DNA from: Anthoceros angustus
Taxonomy: Eukaryota; Plantae; Anthocerotophyta
NCBI GenBank assembly: GCA_010909165.1
Contig: MU008178.1
Location: 942,369 to 1,006,368 of the forward strand
Direction: 5' to 3'
Length of the DNA: 64,000 nt
The stretch's first letter is position 1; every line of letters begins with the position of its first letter. A program made the translations under genes and the position numbers. The notes under the pieces were generated by a model. It searched no databases and was not told where the DNA came from. It saw only the letters and a list, made by a program, of their open reading frames with translations. Below, in pieces: positions 28,801 through 42,743 of this stretch.

Positions 28801-31741
28801 TGGATTAGCCACGTGGATCAAAGTAGTTCCTCGAGAATTTGAATACTAGGCAACGACGTGGTCGAGTATCTCGTTGATTTTGACTTTGAGATGAAGTAGG
28901 TAAACCTTGGCTAGCATCTCAAGTGAAGACAATCGAGCATTCCACGATGAAATAGCCAAGCAAGCTTTTGAGTTGCTAAAGGTTTGGCGTCACTACCTCC
29001 TTGGCCAGCGATTTGTGGTACACACGATCACCACTCCCTCCAAAGATTTTTGGATTCAAACCTAAGACATGGGTTAGTTTTACCATGCGCACCATTTGAG
29101 CCATGGGTTGGTTTTGAATAAACACTCATGATAAGGAAATGTTAGTGATCATCCATGCCCTAAAGCAAGGACTTCGACTTGATGAAATAGCCAAGCAAGC
29201 TTTTGAGTTGCTAAAGGTTTGGCGTCACTACCTCCTTGGCCAGCGATTTGTGGTACACACGATCACCACTCCCTCCAAAGATTTTTGGATTCAAACCTAA
29301 GACATGGGTTAAAGCATTCATAGAGTAAGATTGCCCGCCCACGAATGCCCTAAAGGTTTGGCGTCACTACCTCCTTGGCCAGCGATTTGTGGTACACACG
29401 ATCACCACTCCCTCCAAAGATTTTTGGATTCAAACCTAAGACATGGGTTAGAAGTTGCCAGACTTGTTTGCAAATCCTACAAAGCTTCCACCGGGAGGCA
29501 TGGATCACAATCTGAGCTTCTCCGGTCAAGTAGTTCCTCAAGCAAGCTTTTGAGTTGCTAAAGCGGACTGACGGTGGCCCGGTGCTCATGATGGCTAACC
29601 CCAAGGGCACCCTACTCTGATCCGCGGATGGAGTTCAAATGAACTCACGTCTAGATGTAACTACTACTGGGGAGGAAGATTTTTGGATTCAAACCTAAGA
29701 CATGGGTTAGTTTTACCATGCGCACCATTTGAGCCATGGGTTGGTTTTTGAATAAACACTCATGATCACCATGGGCTCGTTCTTGGATCCGAACCTTTTT
29801 TTGTTTAGCGAATTCAGAGACTTTATATACATTTCAAAGTATATGATGCTTCAGACTTTGCCCTCGGAGCTATCCTTTCACGGCAGGGCAAGGTCATTGC
29901 TTATGATTCACAAAAATTGCAAGCTGCTCAAGTCAACTACGCTGTGCATGATAAGGAAATGTTAGTGATCATCCATGCCCTAAAGGTTTGGCGTCACTAC
30001 CTCCTTGGCCAGCGATTTGTGGTACACACTGATCACCACTCCCTCCAGCATTTTTTTCCTCAGTAGAATTTGAATACTAGGCAACGTACGTGGTCAGAGT
30101 ATCTCGTTGATTTTGACTTTGAGATGAAGTACCTTGTGGGATCTTCCAATTCTTTCGCGGACGCCCTAAGCAGGAGGGCTCAGACTCTCATGACATCTCA
30201 AGTGAAGACAATCAGAGCATTCCACGTAGCAGTCCCGGATGTCCCCCACCAATACCAAATTTACCAGCAATTAGTCCACGATGCAACTGAAGGAATACCA
30301 ACAACTTTGATGCAGACTTACCAGCTCAAGGAGGCATGTGTGTACAAGAAGGGCAAACTAGTGATTCCATAGCATCTGAAGGACATCCAGCCAGGTTTTC
30401 TCCATGACGTGCATGACTCACCCGTATCAAGACACCTAAGAATTGATAAAACCTATGCTCGTGTCAAGACACACTTCAATTGGGAAGGTGTGAAAGAAGA
30501 CTATATCCAGTGGGTTAGAAGTTGCCAGACTTGTCAGCAAGCCAAACCTGAACACTAGAAGACCTCGGGCTTGCTCCAGCCCTTACAAGTGCTAGAAAGT
30601 CGGTTCTAATCCATTTCTATGGATTTTGTTAGGGCCCTTCCCTGCACCCGCGCAGGTAAGGATAGCATCTGGGTGGTGATAGAAAGGCTATCAAAATGCT
30701 GCCACTTCATTCCTATCAATGCCAACATTACCGCCTCCAAGTTGGCCAACCTGTTTATCAAGGAAATTTTCAGGTTGCATGGCTGCCCTCAAGACATTAT
30801 TTCTGATCGCGACCCCAAGTTCATAGCCGAATTTTGGAGAACCTTCATATAAACTTTGGGCATCCGGCAGAGTTTGTCCTCCACATGCCATCCAGAGTCC
30901 GATGGTCAGACAGAATGACAAATCTAAGTGGGTGAGGACATGTTGAGACACTACACTCATGATAAGCAAGGCAAGTGGGAGGAGCCTTGACCTCTTCTAG
31001 AATATGCTTATAACAATTTGAAACATGCCGTTATGGGAGTGTCTCCCTTCAAGTTTGTTATATGGCGAAACCCCCACCACCACCAGGACTGTGGCCAGCC
31101 TGCAACTATCGGTGGAGAAGTACATCAGAAGTTGCAGAAGATGTTTGGCACGAGCTGCAGCAAGCCAAACAAAAATTATTATCACCCCAGAACTGTGCTC
31201 GCCAATCCAGAAACAAGCATTGACGAGAGATCACCTATGAGGTGGGCCAGTTTGTCTGGCTACGCATCAAACCGCACATGTATCCGTCTTTGGTGCATGT
31301 CAAAAACAAGGTTGCATATCGCTTTGCAAGACCTTTCCGGATCACCAGCAAGATCAATGCTGTGGTATATCACCTCGGGCTCCCCCCGGACTGGAAGATG
31401 TGCCGAACATTCATGTCAGCATGTTCAAACCAGTGGTATAGCGCAGCCCCGACCTCACAGATCCATCACCCGCGACGCCCACACCAACACCTGCACATAG
31501 CACCGGCGAGCCAACACCATCCTCAACCTAGCAATTATGGCCACAGATGCAACAATCACAGCGTGCCTCTATCGCCCAACTAGACGGGATCTTCCAAGTT
31601 CGAGTCCGCCAGCTGTGGAAAAGATCTGTCCAAGATTTTTTAGTGGGCTGGAGCCAAGAATCCAATTCCTCTGCCACATGGGAGCCAGAAGAATTTTGCC
31701 GCAGGTTTCCTTCCCTACAGGCCTTTTGAAGTGGGGGAGTA

Positions 31742-32224
31742 TGCTACGAATGCAGGAACCGGCCATCCGTGCGTGCAATCAACACTCAATAGACCAAGCA
31801 TGAGCCTGGCTATGGATGCAGTAGATCTTACGAATGTATCTCTTGTTATTATCAAAATCATAATTAAAAATAAATAAAATGATGTAGATAGATATACATG
31901 TGCCTATTAAAATCAACTACGTATATGATAAGGCTACCTATGAATAAAATGAGTGGTATAAATTCATTGTAAATCAATTTTACTAGTTAGCTTTTGATGA
32001 AACTTTGTTTATGCATGAAGACGAGTTAGGTGCTTGCATATGAAAATACATACTTGTTAGAGTAGTTCCGCGCAAATCTTGTAACGAGACCGCGACCACA
32101 TGGCCTGTATAAGAGTGATTACGAAGAGAAAATGGACAGGCATTCCTTGAAGCTCATTCACAGAAGCCATGACCAGAAGTTGTGCACGAGGGTTGCATCT
32201 AGATCATAAGATGGCTGCGTGACA
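31742..32224 (+). repeat. 3' LTR, interior replaced by a mosaic of nearby sequence
   Basis: TG start after the PPT, TGACA end, terminal segments match the 5' LTR. Confidence 0.82.
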
Positions 32225-32506
32225 GAAGGGGTCGAGTGTTGGGACTGCATGTTGTAAGAGCCCTACGAATAAGGGCTACCTATGAATAAAATGAGTGGTA
32301 TAAATTCATTGTAAATCAATTTTACTAGTTAGCTTTTGATGAAACTTTGTTTATGCATGAAGACGAGTTAGGTGCTTGCATATGAAAATACATACTTGCT
32401 TAGAGGAAATGATAGTTTATCATTTCCTTGATGTTAAAGGTTTTACAAATATTGTGCTTAAGATAAACATTGTGGTTAGGATTAGACTAATGCACCTGTG
32501 TAACCC

Positions 32507-32603
32507 TCTTAGTGGACAACTCATACACAGACATCGAGAACACTATGCAAGACATCTTAGTGGACAACTCATACACAGACATCGAGAACACTATGCAAGA
32601 CAT
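32507..32603. repeat. 48-bp tandem duplication (2 copies)
   Basis: CTTAGTGGACAACTCATACACAGACATCGAGAACACTATGCAAGACAT x2. Confidence 0.9.
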
Positions 32604-33408
32604 ATGTAGTTGCATTCTTGTGTGCCTATTGCCTCCAAAAGGCACAACTTGGAAGCCAGTTCCAATGCCCATTGAGGCCAGCACTATCATTGTGGTTCTT
32701 TATGTTAGTTTTGGAAAGTTACAATCCCTTTGAATGCATATCAGCAAATGAGTGTACCTCAATTGCCTCAAACTATTAGAATTCACGGAGAATTCAAGTC
32801 ACACGATAAATGATTCAATCTAGAAAATGACTATCAAATAGGTAATGGAATTACCGAATGTATCTCTTGTTATTATCAAAATCATAATTAAAAATAAATA
32901 AAATGATGTAGATAGATATACATGTGCCTATTAAAATCAACTACGTATATGATAAGGCTATAGTGATTGATGGAATGGACCTAAAGTTTTTATTCCCTAA
33001 TGAGACCACTTTGTGGGATCTCCCTACTAATCTGTAGTTACATGAGCGAATTGATGGGTATGAAAGAGTCGGAAATCTAAAAGGCCCGTCGCGAGGCCTG
33101 ACGAGGGTTGTCGTGCTCTATGGCAGGCGTGGGTGCTGAAAGCTGTTGCACCTGTTTGATTGCGTCCTACCGTCCTCCACGGTCCAATCACTCCGGAGCC
33201 TCACATGGTGCGTTGCACTCTTGCGTTGCTTCCAAATTTTGTGCTTTACCTGAATCGCGATTGTCTCGCGGGTGTGGGGCCTGGTATGACATGGGCCTCG
33301 CAAAACGCCGGAGAACAGTGCAAGCAGGCATAGAGCTGGTTACCAGCGGCAATCGATGAATGCACAGTCGTGGCGTGAAGCAAGAGGCGACTCGGCAGAC
33401 CAGCTATC

Positions 33409-36400
33409 ATGGGAGTCAGTCGCATCGCACTTGTTGGGATGGAGTGCAAGTTCCTCACGGACGATTGCGTGAAGGAGTTCAAGGCATCCAACAGTCCCCG
33501 AAAGCTTCAGCTGACTGTGCCTCCTGCTCGATTTGTATACGAGCTTTGCTGGACAGTAGTGAGAATCCCTGTGCCCTTGTCCACTTTCAAAGCTGCCATC
33601 ATTCCGTAGTCTGGATGGTGTCAACACCTAATGCAGCCGAGGTTTGCTGAGTAAGGTCTTCATGGCTCACAGGTCCGAGGAGAATTGCCCTCATCAAAAT
33701 GTCGACTGGCTCTGGATGCAGTAGATCTTACGAATGTGAGCGTAAGGGATGACACTGCATCGCTTCTTGCTGACACCATTGCTCACATGGGTCAGGAGGT
33801 CAGTGTTTCTTGACAAAATTGATGAGGTTTTCCTTTGCACAGCCATCTGGCTTTTGTGATGGAACTGATGGACTGTATTGTTAATGCAGCTTGTGCAGGC
33901 TGGGGATCTGAGAAATCGATTGATTGAGCTGGTGAGGAACGATTTGATGTTCATTCAAGTTCCTCCTGGTTTTTGCAAGTTTTTAGAGCGTTTGATCAGT
34001 AAGGCAAGGATTCTTCTCTTATCTAAGCTTGTATGTTTCCAGGCTAAGTGGCTTGTGGACGCTTCTCTGCTTCCTGTTCGGCTTCTCCAGGAGCGGTGTG
34101 AGGTGACTTGTCTGGCACACGACTTCAGCAGTTCTTTCTCTGGTGCTCGCAACTTGTAGAGCTGTTGTTGATTGGGGATTGGGAGGGGGGGGGCGTTGTG
34201 CTTTTCTGTGAGCAGGCAGAATTTCTGTACGAGGCTGAAATGATCAAAATCAAAGCACCTGATATGAAAGCAAAGGAGGTTGGATATTTTTTGTAACAGA
34301 TTACGTGCACTTTGCTTGCTCAAGGAGTTTATGCATTTTGACTTCTTGCATGCCCTTGTTTAAAGGTTCGAGTGAATACTAGATTGCTCTACCAGCAAAC
34401 CAAATTCAATCTTTTGCGTGAAGAGAGTGAAGGCTACGCAAAGCTGGTAATTCCATCTCCACCGCTGTCTTGAGGACTTGGAGTAGAATGGAATGGCAGT
34501 TAAGCTTTTCTTGCTGTGAAAATCACAGATAACTCTGCTCACTCAAGGGGGTCCTGATGGGTTAACTTCAAAGACAGCTCCTACTGTGATTAGCACTATC
34601 AAGGTGAGTGCAGTTGTTCAATTTCTTTTGTGGCCTCTCCTTTTGTTGGTCTGTATATAACCCGATTGGCACTCATGCCTGATATTGTGGGTGTGCAGTC
34701 CTTGATTGGCCATTTTGACCTGGATCCAAACCGTGTCTTCGATATTGTGAGTTGGTGAACTCGAACTTGGAGACTGCATATGCAGTTATTTTGGCAGTAA
34801 TATCTTGTGTATTGCTGGATCTCAAGAGTGTAACTTTTGGTCAGGTGTTCTAAGACACGCCCTCTCAACCTTTCAGGTGTTGGAGTGTTTTGAGTTGCAG
34901 CCAGACAATGACGCCTTTCTTGAACTCATTCCCCTCTTTCCGAAGGTAATTCTGTGGTTCTTTCTTCAGCAGTTGCAAACTCCTTATTGCTTCGACTATT
35001 TGTAAGCAAGTAATTTGTTGGTAACACCACCGCGATAGGAATGTGCCAAAGATGCAACTAACCCATACTTTTGATGGATTTTACAGTCTCACATCTCCCA
35101 CATCCTTGGGTTCAAGTTCCAGTTCTATAAGCGTCCAGAAGTTGAGGGCCCTGTGCCGGATGGATTGTTCAGGCTGGCAGCAACCCTTGTCAAGGAGAAG
35201 TTCATAGATCTGGATAGCATGTAGGTCTTAAAGTAGTCCGTACATGGAAACAGGGAGAGCTGTATGGTCTTTGTATTGAGTGGAGTGCTGAGATGTCTTG
35301 TTACGTGCTCATTAGATATGCCCATTTGCTACCCAACGATGAAGAGGCTTTTGAACAGTATGAGGAAACATCGAAGAAGCGTATGGAGGAGGTAAGCCAT
35401 CTCATTTGGCCAGGGTTTTTCATCATGCTTGTGTGATAGTCAGCTTGCTTACCATTTCCATGTTGTGTACAGGCCAATAAGATAGGGAAAATAAATCTGG
35501 CAGCTATTGGGCGGGACTTGATGGAGGAGGAGAAAGCAGGTGATGTCACAATTGACTTGTATGCTGCATTAGACATGGACCAGGAGGCAGTTGCAGAGCG
35601 AGCCCAAGAACTACTACTCAACCAGAAATTAGGGCTTCTCAAAGGATTCCTTTGTGTTGACGACTGGTATGTAGCTGGAGATTTAAAATTTGTTTTTGAG
35701 AGTATTATTCCAGTTGCTCAATGACGGAATTTGGTTGGTTCCACTTGGGAGTTTCACAGTGTTTGAGCTAGCTAGCTGAATCCAGTGCCCAATAGAATAG
35801 CGTGGTGTCCTGCATGCCAGTGTGTTGATTTGCTTGCCGTTGGCAGGGCCGATGCTTATGTTTTGTTTGAGAGGTTGGCTCGTCTCAACCCTGTGGCTCA
35901 CCCTACAATTTCTGCTGGGATTCTGAGGTATCTTTGTTAAGCTTGACTAGCTCTAGCATATTGGGTCTTTTAGTTTGTCAAAAAATGCTGACAGGATACT
36001 GACGGATGAGGATGCTGACGGAGAACTGACAGGATACCCCTATGGAATTGACCAGGGCCATTGAGAAGGCAATAGCTCCTTATTGTCCTACCCCAGTCAA
36101 GGGTTCTTTTACAGGGAAGTCTACTGGCTATGCAAATTCAAATGGAAATGTTGATGTGAGGAGGAGGGGTCCATTGAATATCGGCAAGGAAGTCTTCCAG
36201 ATGCTATCCTGTATTGGTGCCTACCTTCATCGAGATGCAATTTTGCTGCAAAAAGTAAGTCTTTGTAGCTATTGTGGTGGAGGATTACCCTGGTCCACTT
36301 AATAACTTTGGCTGTCATTGCTTTGACCAGGTTTGTCGTGTGCTAAGAGCATACTACTCTGCAGCTCTGGCTGCTGTTCAACTTTATATTCCAAGTGCGA

Positions 36401-39400
36401 ATGTGAATGAAAGTGGAGACATGGAGCGGAAACGACTAGCATTGAAGGAGGCTAGAATCAGAGTTGAAGAAGCACTAGGCTCTTGTCTTCTTCCGTCTCT
36501 GCAGCTAGTGCCAGCAAACCCAGCAGTTGGGCTGGAAATTTGGGAAGTTATGAGTCTTCTACCATATGAGGTCAGATAAATGCTGCAGGAGGCATAAACC
36601 TCTGTTCTCAGCATCTTTCAGAAGGCATCAGGTGAAAGTTTGGACTTGGTTTCCACATAATCCTCACTCTTTGTTTTTAGGTCCGTTATCGACTTTATGG
36701 TGAGTGGGAGAAAGAGGATGAACAAACACCTATGCTGCTGGCTGCAAGACAGACTGCTCGGGTGTGTTTCTACATGAGGAGCAGACGCTTTGCATGATTT
36801 CAGTCATGAGTTGTGAGTTCAAGTATTGCTTCACTAGTGCTAGTCTGGATGTTCACCTCTAGTTTGGCTGGGAATTATGCTGACACGTTGTATGTGATGG
36901 CATGGGCTCATATAAGCTTGATACTAGGCGAATTCTTAAAAGGCTTGCCAAAGAAAATTTGAAGCAGTTGGGACGTATGGTTGCAAAAATTGCTCATGCA
37001 AATCCGATGACTGTTCTTAGGACAATTGTCCACCAGGTGAGAGCTTTGTACAGAGGTCCTAGTTGAAGGAATTAGGACTCATGTCATGACTGACTGATTT
37101 TCTCACATTGTCCTCTTTCTGATGCAGATAGAAGCCTACAAAGATATGATAGCTCCAGTAGTTGATGCGTTTAAATTCTTAACCCAGGTTTGCTTCTTCA
37201 CGGTTGTCCAAGTTGTTCGCGATTGCTGAATCAGGCCTCATAGTAAGTCAACCCAACAAAATACATTGCTGGTGGCAGGCAGCTGATCTTTTTTCTTGGT
37301 CTGTTGCAGCTGGAGTATGATATCTTGGAATATGTTGTTATTGAACGTTTGGTACAAGCAGGCCGTGAAAAAATTAAGGAGGATGGTCTGAATGTTTCTG
37401 ACTGGCTTCAGTCTCTTGCCTCGTTTTGGGGTCATCTGTGAGTTTCTGGGTCCTGTAATCCTTGTGCCCGATTACCATAAAGACAGCAATGTTATTTTGG
37501 ATGTTCTCTGAACAAAGCTGTTTGGTGTGCTTTATGAACAGGTGCAAAAAGTACCCGTCAATGGAGTTGAGGGGTCTATTTCAGTATCTTGTGAATCAGT
37601 TGAAGAAGGGAGAGGGGGTTGAACTTGTTCTTTTGCAGGTAATCCTTGATCTCATGGTGTGCTCCTTGTTGAGTAAGGACTTGGCAGTAACCTTAAGTTG
37701 AGAACTTGAAGTTTTTGAAAGCATGTCAGTGATCCGTTGTGCTATTCCGGGATACAGGAGCTTATTCAGCAAATGGCAAGTGTGGAGTTTACAGAGAATA
37801 TGACTGAGGACCAACTTGAGGCAATAGCTGGTGGCGAGGCTTTGCGGTATCAAGCTACTGCATTTGGTGTCACTCGAAACAATAAAGTGATCAATCATTC
37901 ATAACCAATGCATGCTTAAAATTTTGAGCCTTGACTACGTGAAATTTTGATTGTGCTAGTTTGTGCTGCTGGTTTCATGTGACATGTGTGTGTTTCTGCT
38001 CTGTCATTGTCCTGAACATGAGTTGGTTACTTATCCTACAGGCACTGTTGAAGTCAACTAATAGGTTAAGGGATTCTTTGCTCTCGAAAGAAGAACCGAA
38101 ACTGGCAGTGCCTCTGCTGTTGCTAATAGCACAGCACAGAACAATGTAAGTGATTGCCTGCACAACCTAGTTTTGCTGATCTGATTGGTGTTGATGCCAG
38201 GAAGTGTCTAATGCAACCCAATCTTTCAGAGTTGTTGTGAATGCGGATGTGCCTCATATAAAGATGGTCAGTGAGCAGTACGACCGGTGCCATGGTATTC
38301 TTCTCCAATACGTTGAATTTTTGACTAGTGCAGTCACTCCAGTAACATCATATGCACAGCTCATCCCCACATTGGATGACCTGGTGCACAAGTATCATAT
38401 CGAACCAGAGGTATGTGTTAGAGGAAAGCATTTTGCTGTTTCCCCTCGTAAAGGTGATTGCTGGTGTGATACAAAGGCTTCATGTGGAATTGCAGGTTGC
38501 TTTCCTTGTTTATCGACCCATTATGCGCCTATTCAAACCAAGCAAAAATTCTAGCATGGCATGGCCTTCAGATACATCTAAGGCGTCTTTGGATCTTGAG
38601 AAGGAACAATCTGGGGATGCTTTGGTTAGCAAGGATTTGGTTCTTGATCTTGGGCCACATAAGAAGACCATCACGTAACTACTTTTGCACAAGCTGTTTG
38701 TGTATTTTTGGCTGCACCGTAAATTTGTTTTACTGGGAGTCAATGCATGAGTTGTCACAAACACAGTTTGGAGGTCAACAAAACGAGTTTAGCTTCCATG
38801 TTGGTGCCTACTTGCAACAAAACGGAGTTCTTCTGACAAGCTATTGACCCTCGTATCTGGTTTGGTTGCTCCGCAGTTGGTCAGAACTTATCGGAACAGT
38901 TCATTCCATGTTACCTGTCAAAGCATGGAACAGTCTTTCACCAGAGCTGTATGCAACTTTTTGGGGGCTTACTCTGCATGACCTATATGTTCCTCAAAAG
39001 CGGTATGAAGCCGAAATTGCAAAGCAGCGCGCTGCTTTGAAAGTTCTGGAAGAGAATTCCGACAACTCAAATTCTGCTGTTGTGAGAAGGAAGAAGGAGA
39101 AAGAGAAAATACAGGAGATTCTGGATAGGCTGAAAGCAGAGTCTGTGAAGCAAGAGCAGAACATGGCATCTGTACATGAGAGAATGCTCTTAGAGAAAGA
39201 TTCTTGGCTGACGTCTTGTCCTGATTCATTGAAAATCAACATGGAGTTCTTGCAACGCTGCATCTTTCCTCGATGTGTGTTTAGCATGATGGATGCAGTA
39301 TATTGTGCCAGATTTGTTTACAAGCTCCATTCTATGGAAACCCCATTTTTCAACACAGTTAAACACATTGATGTTCTCATCTGTAAGACTCTCCAACCAA

Positions 39401-42400
39401 TGATTTCTTCCTGCACTGAATTCGAAGCAGGCAGGCTGGGGAGGTTTTTGTATGAGACTCTGAAAATGGCGTACTACTGGAAGGTAATACTTCCAGAAGG
39501 GCAAGTTTTGCCAGCATTCCTGAACCGTTCTTCAGCTGCTATGACCTAGGTAGAGCTTTTTCTCGACTGACATCTATGTGATGTGGGCATATTGCAGAGC
39601 TCTGAAGCAATATATGACCAAGAGTGTGGAAACAAACCTGGTTTTGCAGTACTTTACCGAGATCCAAACAGTGCAAGGGTGACCTATGCGCAATACATCA
39701 GGGTGGGTGTGATTCAATCTGTATGGTTCAGCACAGTTTGAATTACTCCACCCTGCACTGGTGTCATTATGTTGCTTCTTGTGGACCTTGATAGTCATAT
39801 AAGGTTGTGATATTCTGATGCCTCAGGTTCACTGGAAGTGGAGCTCACGCCTCACGAAGCTACTTATCCAGTGTCTAGAGTCAATGGAATACATGGAAAT
39901 TCGGAATGCTCTGACCGTTCTGACTAAAATATCCAGTGTGTTTCCGGTGATGAAGAAGAGTGGTCTCAACATTGAGAGAAGGGTTGGTATCTCCCGAAGT
40001 AACTTCCTTTCAGCTGGATCGTACCCTTGCTCCTGATTCTGAACCCCGTTTATTATGCGTGAGCAGGTCAGTAAAATTAAGGGAGATGAAAGAGAGGATT
40101 TGAAGGTTCTTGCCATAGGGGTCACAGCAGCTCTTGCAACACGCAAGGTTTGAACTCCACTGGAAAACCTCACACTTCTCTCTTTTGAAGTTCGCCTTTG
40201 TTGTTTACTGATGGATGCTTGTTCCAGAACGCATGGGTCTCAGAGGAAGATTTCGGGATGGGTTACATCGATATCAAGACAAATGCTTCACCTGCCAAAG
40301 GCCTGGTGGCAAACACTGCACCTCCAAGCTCGTCAATAACTCCTGGGCCATCGCCATTAGCAGGAACAAGCACCACTTCTGGAGTTGAGCTGTCAAACAC
40401 AATATCTATGCCCTCTGCAGAACTGGCTTCAGAGGATGCTCCTCCAGAACCTACTCCTGGCAGGCCAGACATACCAGCGGCTTCGTTTAAGTCAGACCTG
40501 CCCCGCTCGACATCAGCACCCTCTAAGCCGTCATCAGTGATTGGTGAAACAAAGGCCTCGTCAGGCTTGGTATCTCCTGCAGCTCCTTCAGCTTCCAAAG
40601 CTCCTTCTGCAAGCTCTCTCAGGGCTGGTGCTGAGGGAGTTGTGAGGGCAGGTCCTCCACCGGCTCATGGTGGGAAAGGGGAGGAGCCCATCAGACAGGC
40701 CATCAAAGGGACCCCGGAAACTGAGGTACCCGTTCATTTTATGAAAGTGGATTTCAGTATCAGGTGTAAAATCGGACTAGAAAGCCGGTAGCCTCGTGCA
40801 CGGAGTGCGTGTGGTAAGGCTCCTCGTTTGGTCATATGTTGGCCTGATCTCGTTTTCATATGGCAGGTTCGTTCTCAGGTTCGACGATCGTCTCAGGCTA
40901 CTAATGCCTCCCCACATGGGGTAGGCGGGAGAGCAATCAAATCTGAGCTTTCGAAACAGGAGGCTGCAACTTCCACTTCTGAAGGGGCTTCTTTCGTCCT
41001 TGCACAAGTGGCAGGTGACAGAGACCCTGCAGTGCGTTCTCTGGACCAGGTCCGAAGAGCGGCTGGAACCTCAGCAACCAGTAATGGCGCTTCGAATGTG
41101 GCTATTGCAACTGTCAAAGCCCCAAGTGTGTTACCCAGAAGTGGGTCTGACAGAGGAGCGCAAGAATCGTTTGGGAGATCCAGTCGGGTGCCAGGTGAAC
41201 ATATTTCCAGGTCTGAATCTGTGGTGAAAGGAGATGTTGGAGGTAGTAGACTGACAGATGGTAAGGGGGTTGTCGATCGGGAAAGGTTTGATGGACACGA
41301 TCTAGGCCGTAGTCATACTCCGTCAAAATCACCTGCACGGAGGGAGGAAAATTCTAGAGTTACAGATGAATTGGGGAAGGACAGGGCAGGGAAGCGTGCA
41401 GTCGTATCGGAGGAAGCTGAACGGTTGAACAAGCGCAGGAAAGGGGAGGTGGGTGATGGTGAGATGCGATTGTCAGACAGGGAAAGAGGTTCAGAGAGAA
41501 TGGTTGAGGCACAAAGATCAGTTGAGCGTGATAGGTTAGGCTATGAGGAAAGGTCATTTGATCGGTTAAGGGATGAAAGGCCAAGGGACAGGTCTTTAGA
41601 GCGGGCTAGGGATAGGGTAGCGGAAAGATTTGAGAGGGATTATAGAGGTTTAGATCGTTCCGTGGATAAATTAGATAGGGATAGAGGTGATGACCATGTG
41701 GAGCGGTTAAGAGACAGGTCCACAGAAAGATTTGGCGGAGACAGGGGGCTTGAGAGGTCTGCAGAGCGGGGTCTCGATCGAGGTGTTGATAGGCTTAGGG
41801 ATGAGAGGGTAAAAGATGAGAGGACGAGGATGAGATTATCCAGTGACCAACCCCTCATTAATGACCGCTACACTCCGTCATACTCTGTGGCCAGTATTGC
41901 TCCTCCACACCCGTCGCCCGTCCTTTCCCACATTGGGCCCCTCTCACTTTCTGGGAATCGGGCTGACGATGATATGGAGCGCAGGATGAGAAGTTTGCAG
42001 AGAATGTCACCATCGAGAGAAGATAAGAGGAGAGCAGATGAAAGTCTACGTGTGCAGAGAATGTCTCCGTCCAGAGACGACAAGAGGAGAGTAGATGAGA
42101 GTCTGCTGATGGCTATCGATGAATCCAAGAGGCGAAGGGAAGAGGAATTAAGGGACCGAAAACGAGACGACAGGGAATTGGTGGTGAAGGTATGCAAATA
42201 GGTCGCACTTGGTGGGTTGACTTTGTGTTCGGACGTGTGCAAGCGTGACAGGTTTGCTGTGTTATGTGAATACTGTGCAGTCCGAGAAAGAGAGGGAGCG
42301 AGAGAAAGAAAAGGCACTTCTTCTGAAAGAGGAGGCAGACGGAGCGTCAAAACGCAGAAGATTGAAGCGAGGGGACATTGCATCAACAGATGTTCCTCCC

Positions 42401-42743
42401 AGCTTCGGGCCACCACCAGGACCAGTCTCTGCGTCAGTTCCACAAGTGTATGACGGGAGGGACCGAGAACGGAAAGGTGGCGGCATGCCACGAAATATTT
42501 ATATGGAGGAGGCAGCGTACGAGAAAGGGCTAAGTGGGCGGGGCCACAGTAAGGAGGGCGGGGCGAAGCTCGGCAGGCGGGAACATGAGTATCCTTGGTG
42601 GTTGTGATTTGGTTTGACCGGTGTTGGCTGGCATTTGACGATGAATCTCCCTTAACAAGAAGCATAGACTGTTTGACAGGGATTGGGAGGAAGATAAGAG
42701 ACAACAAAGAGGTGACATGAAGCGGCGGCACCATCGGAAATAG
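33409..42743 (+). CDS. THO2: THO complex subunit 2 (THO/TREX), many exons
   Basis: [104 protein letters not shown], then an R/D/E-rich tail ending [10 protein letters not shown]...KRRHHRK*. Confidence 0.96.
42589..42667 (+). other. U12-type (minor spliceosome) GT-AG intron, last intron of THO2
   Basis: 5' site GTATCCTT, branch point TCCCTTAAC at 42648-42656, AG 11 nt later with no polypyrimidine tract. Splicing restores the frame [14 protein letters not shown]. Confidence 0.9.

Larger units (their letters stand above)
25454..32224 (+). mobile_element. Degenerate Ty3/gypsy chromovirus LTR retrotransposon
   Basis: 5' LTR ~25454-25847 and 3' LTR 31742-32224. PBS TGGTATCAGAGC (tRNA-iMet) at 25850, PPT GAAGTGGGGGAG before the 3' LTR, TSD AAAGG/GAAGG. 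Zn knuckle CFTCAAQDHGSRNC (~27564), protease ALLDSRVSH, RT start (PVLLVAKPNG), RNase H, integrase (MDFV...IISDRDPKF), chromodomain FLVGW...ATWEPEE. Many stops. Confidence 0.93.

Noticed and set aside
35928-36055. THO2 intron with U12-like donor GTATCTTT
   Set aside because: No CCTTAAC-type branch site near the acceptor, and several CTGAC U2-type branch motifs are present.
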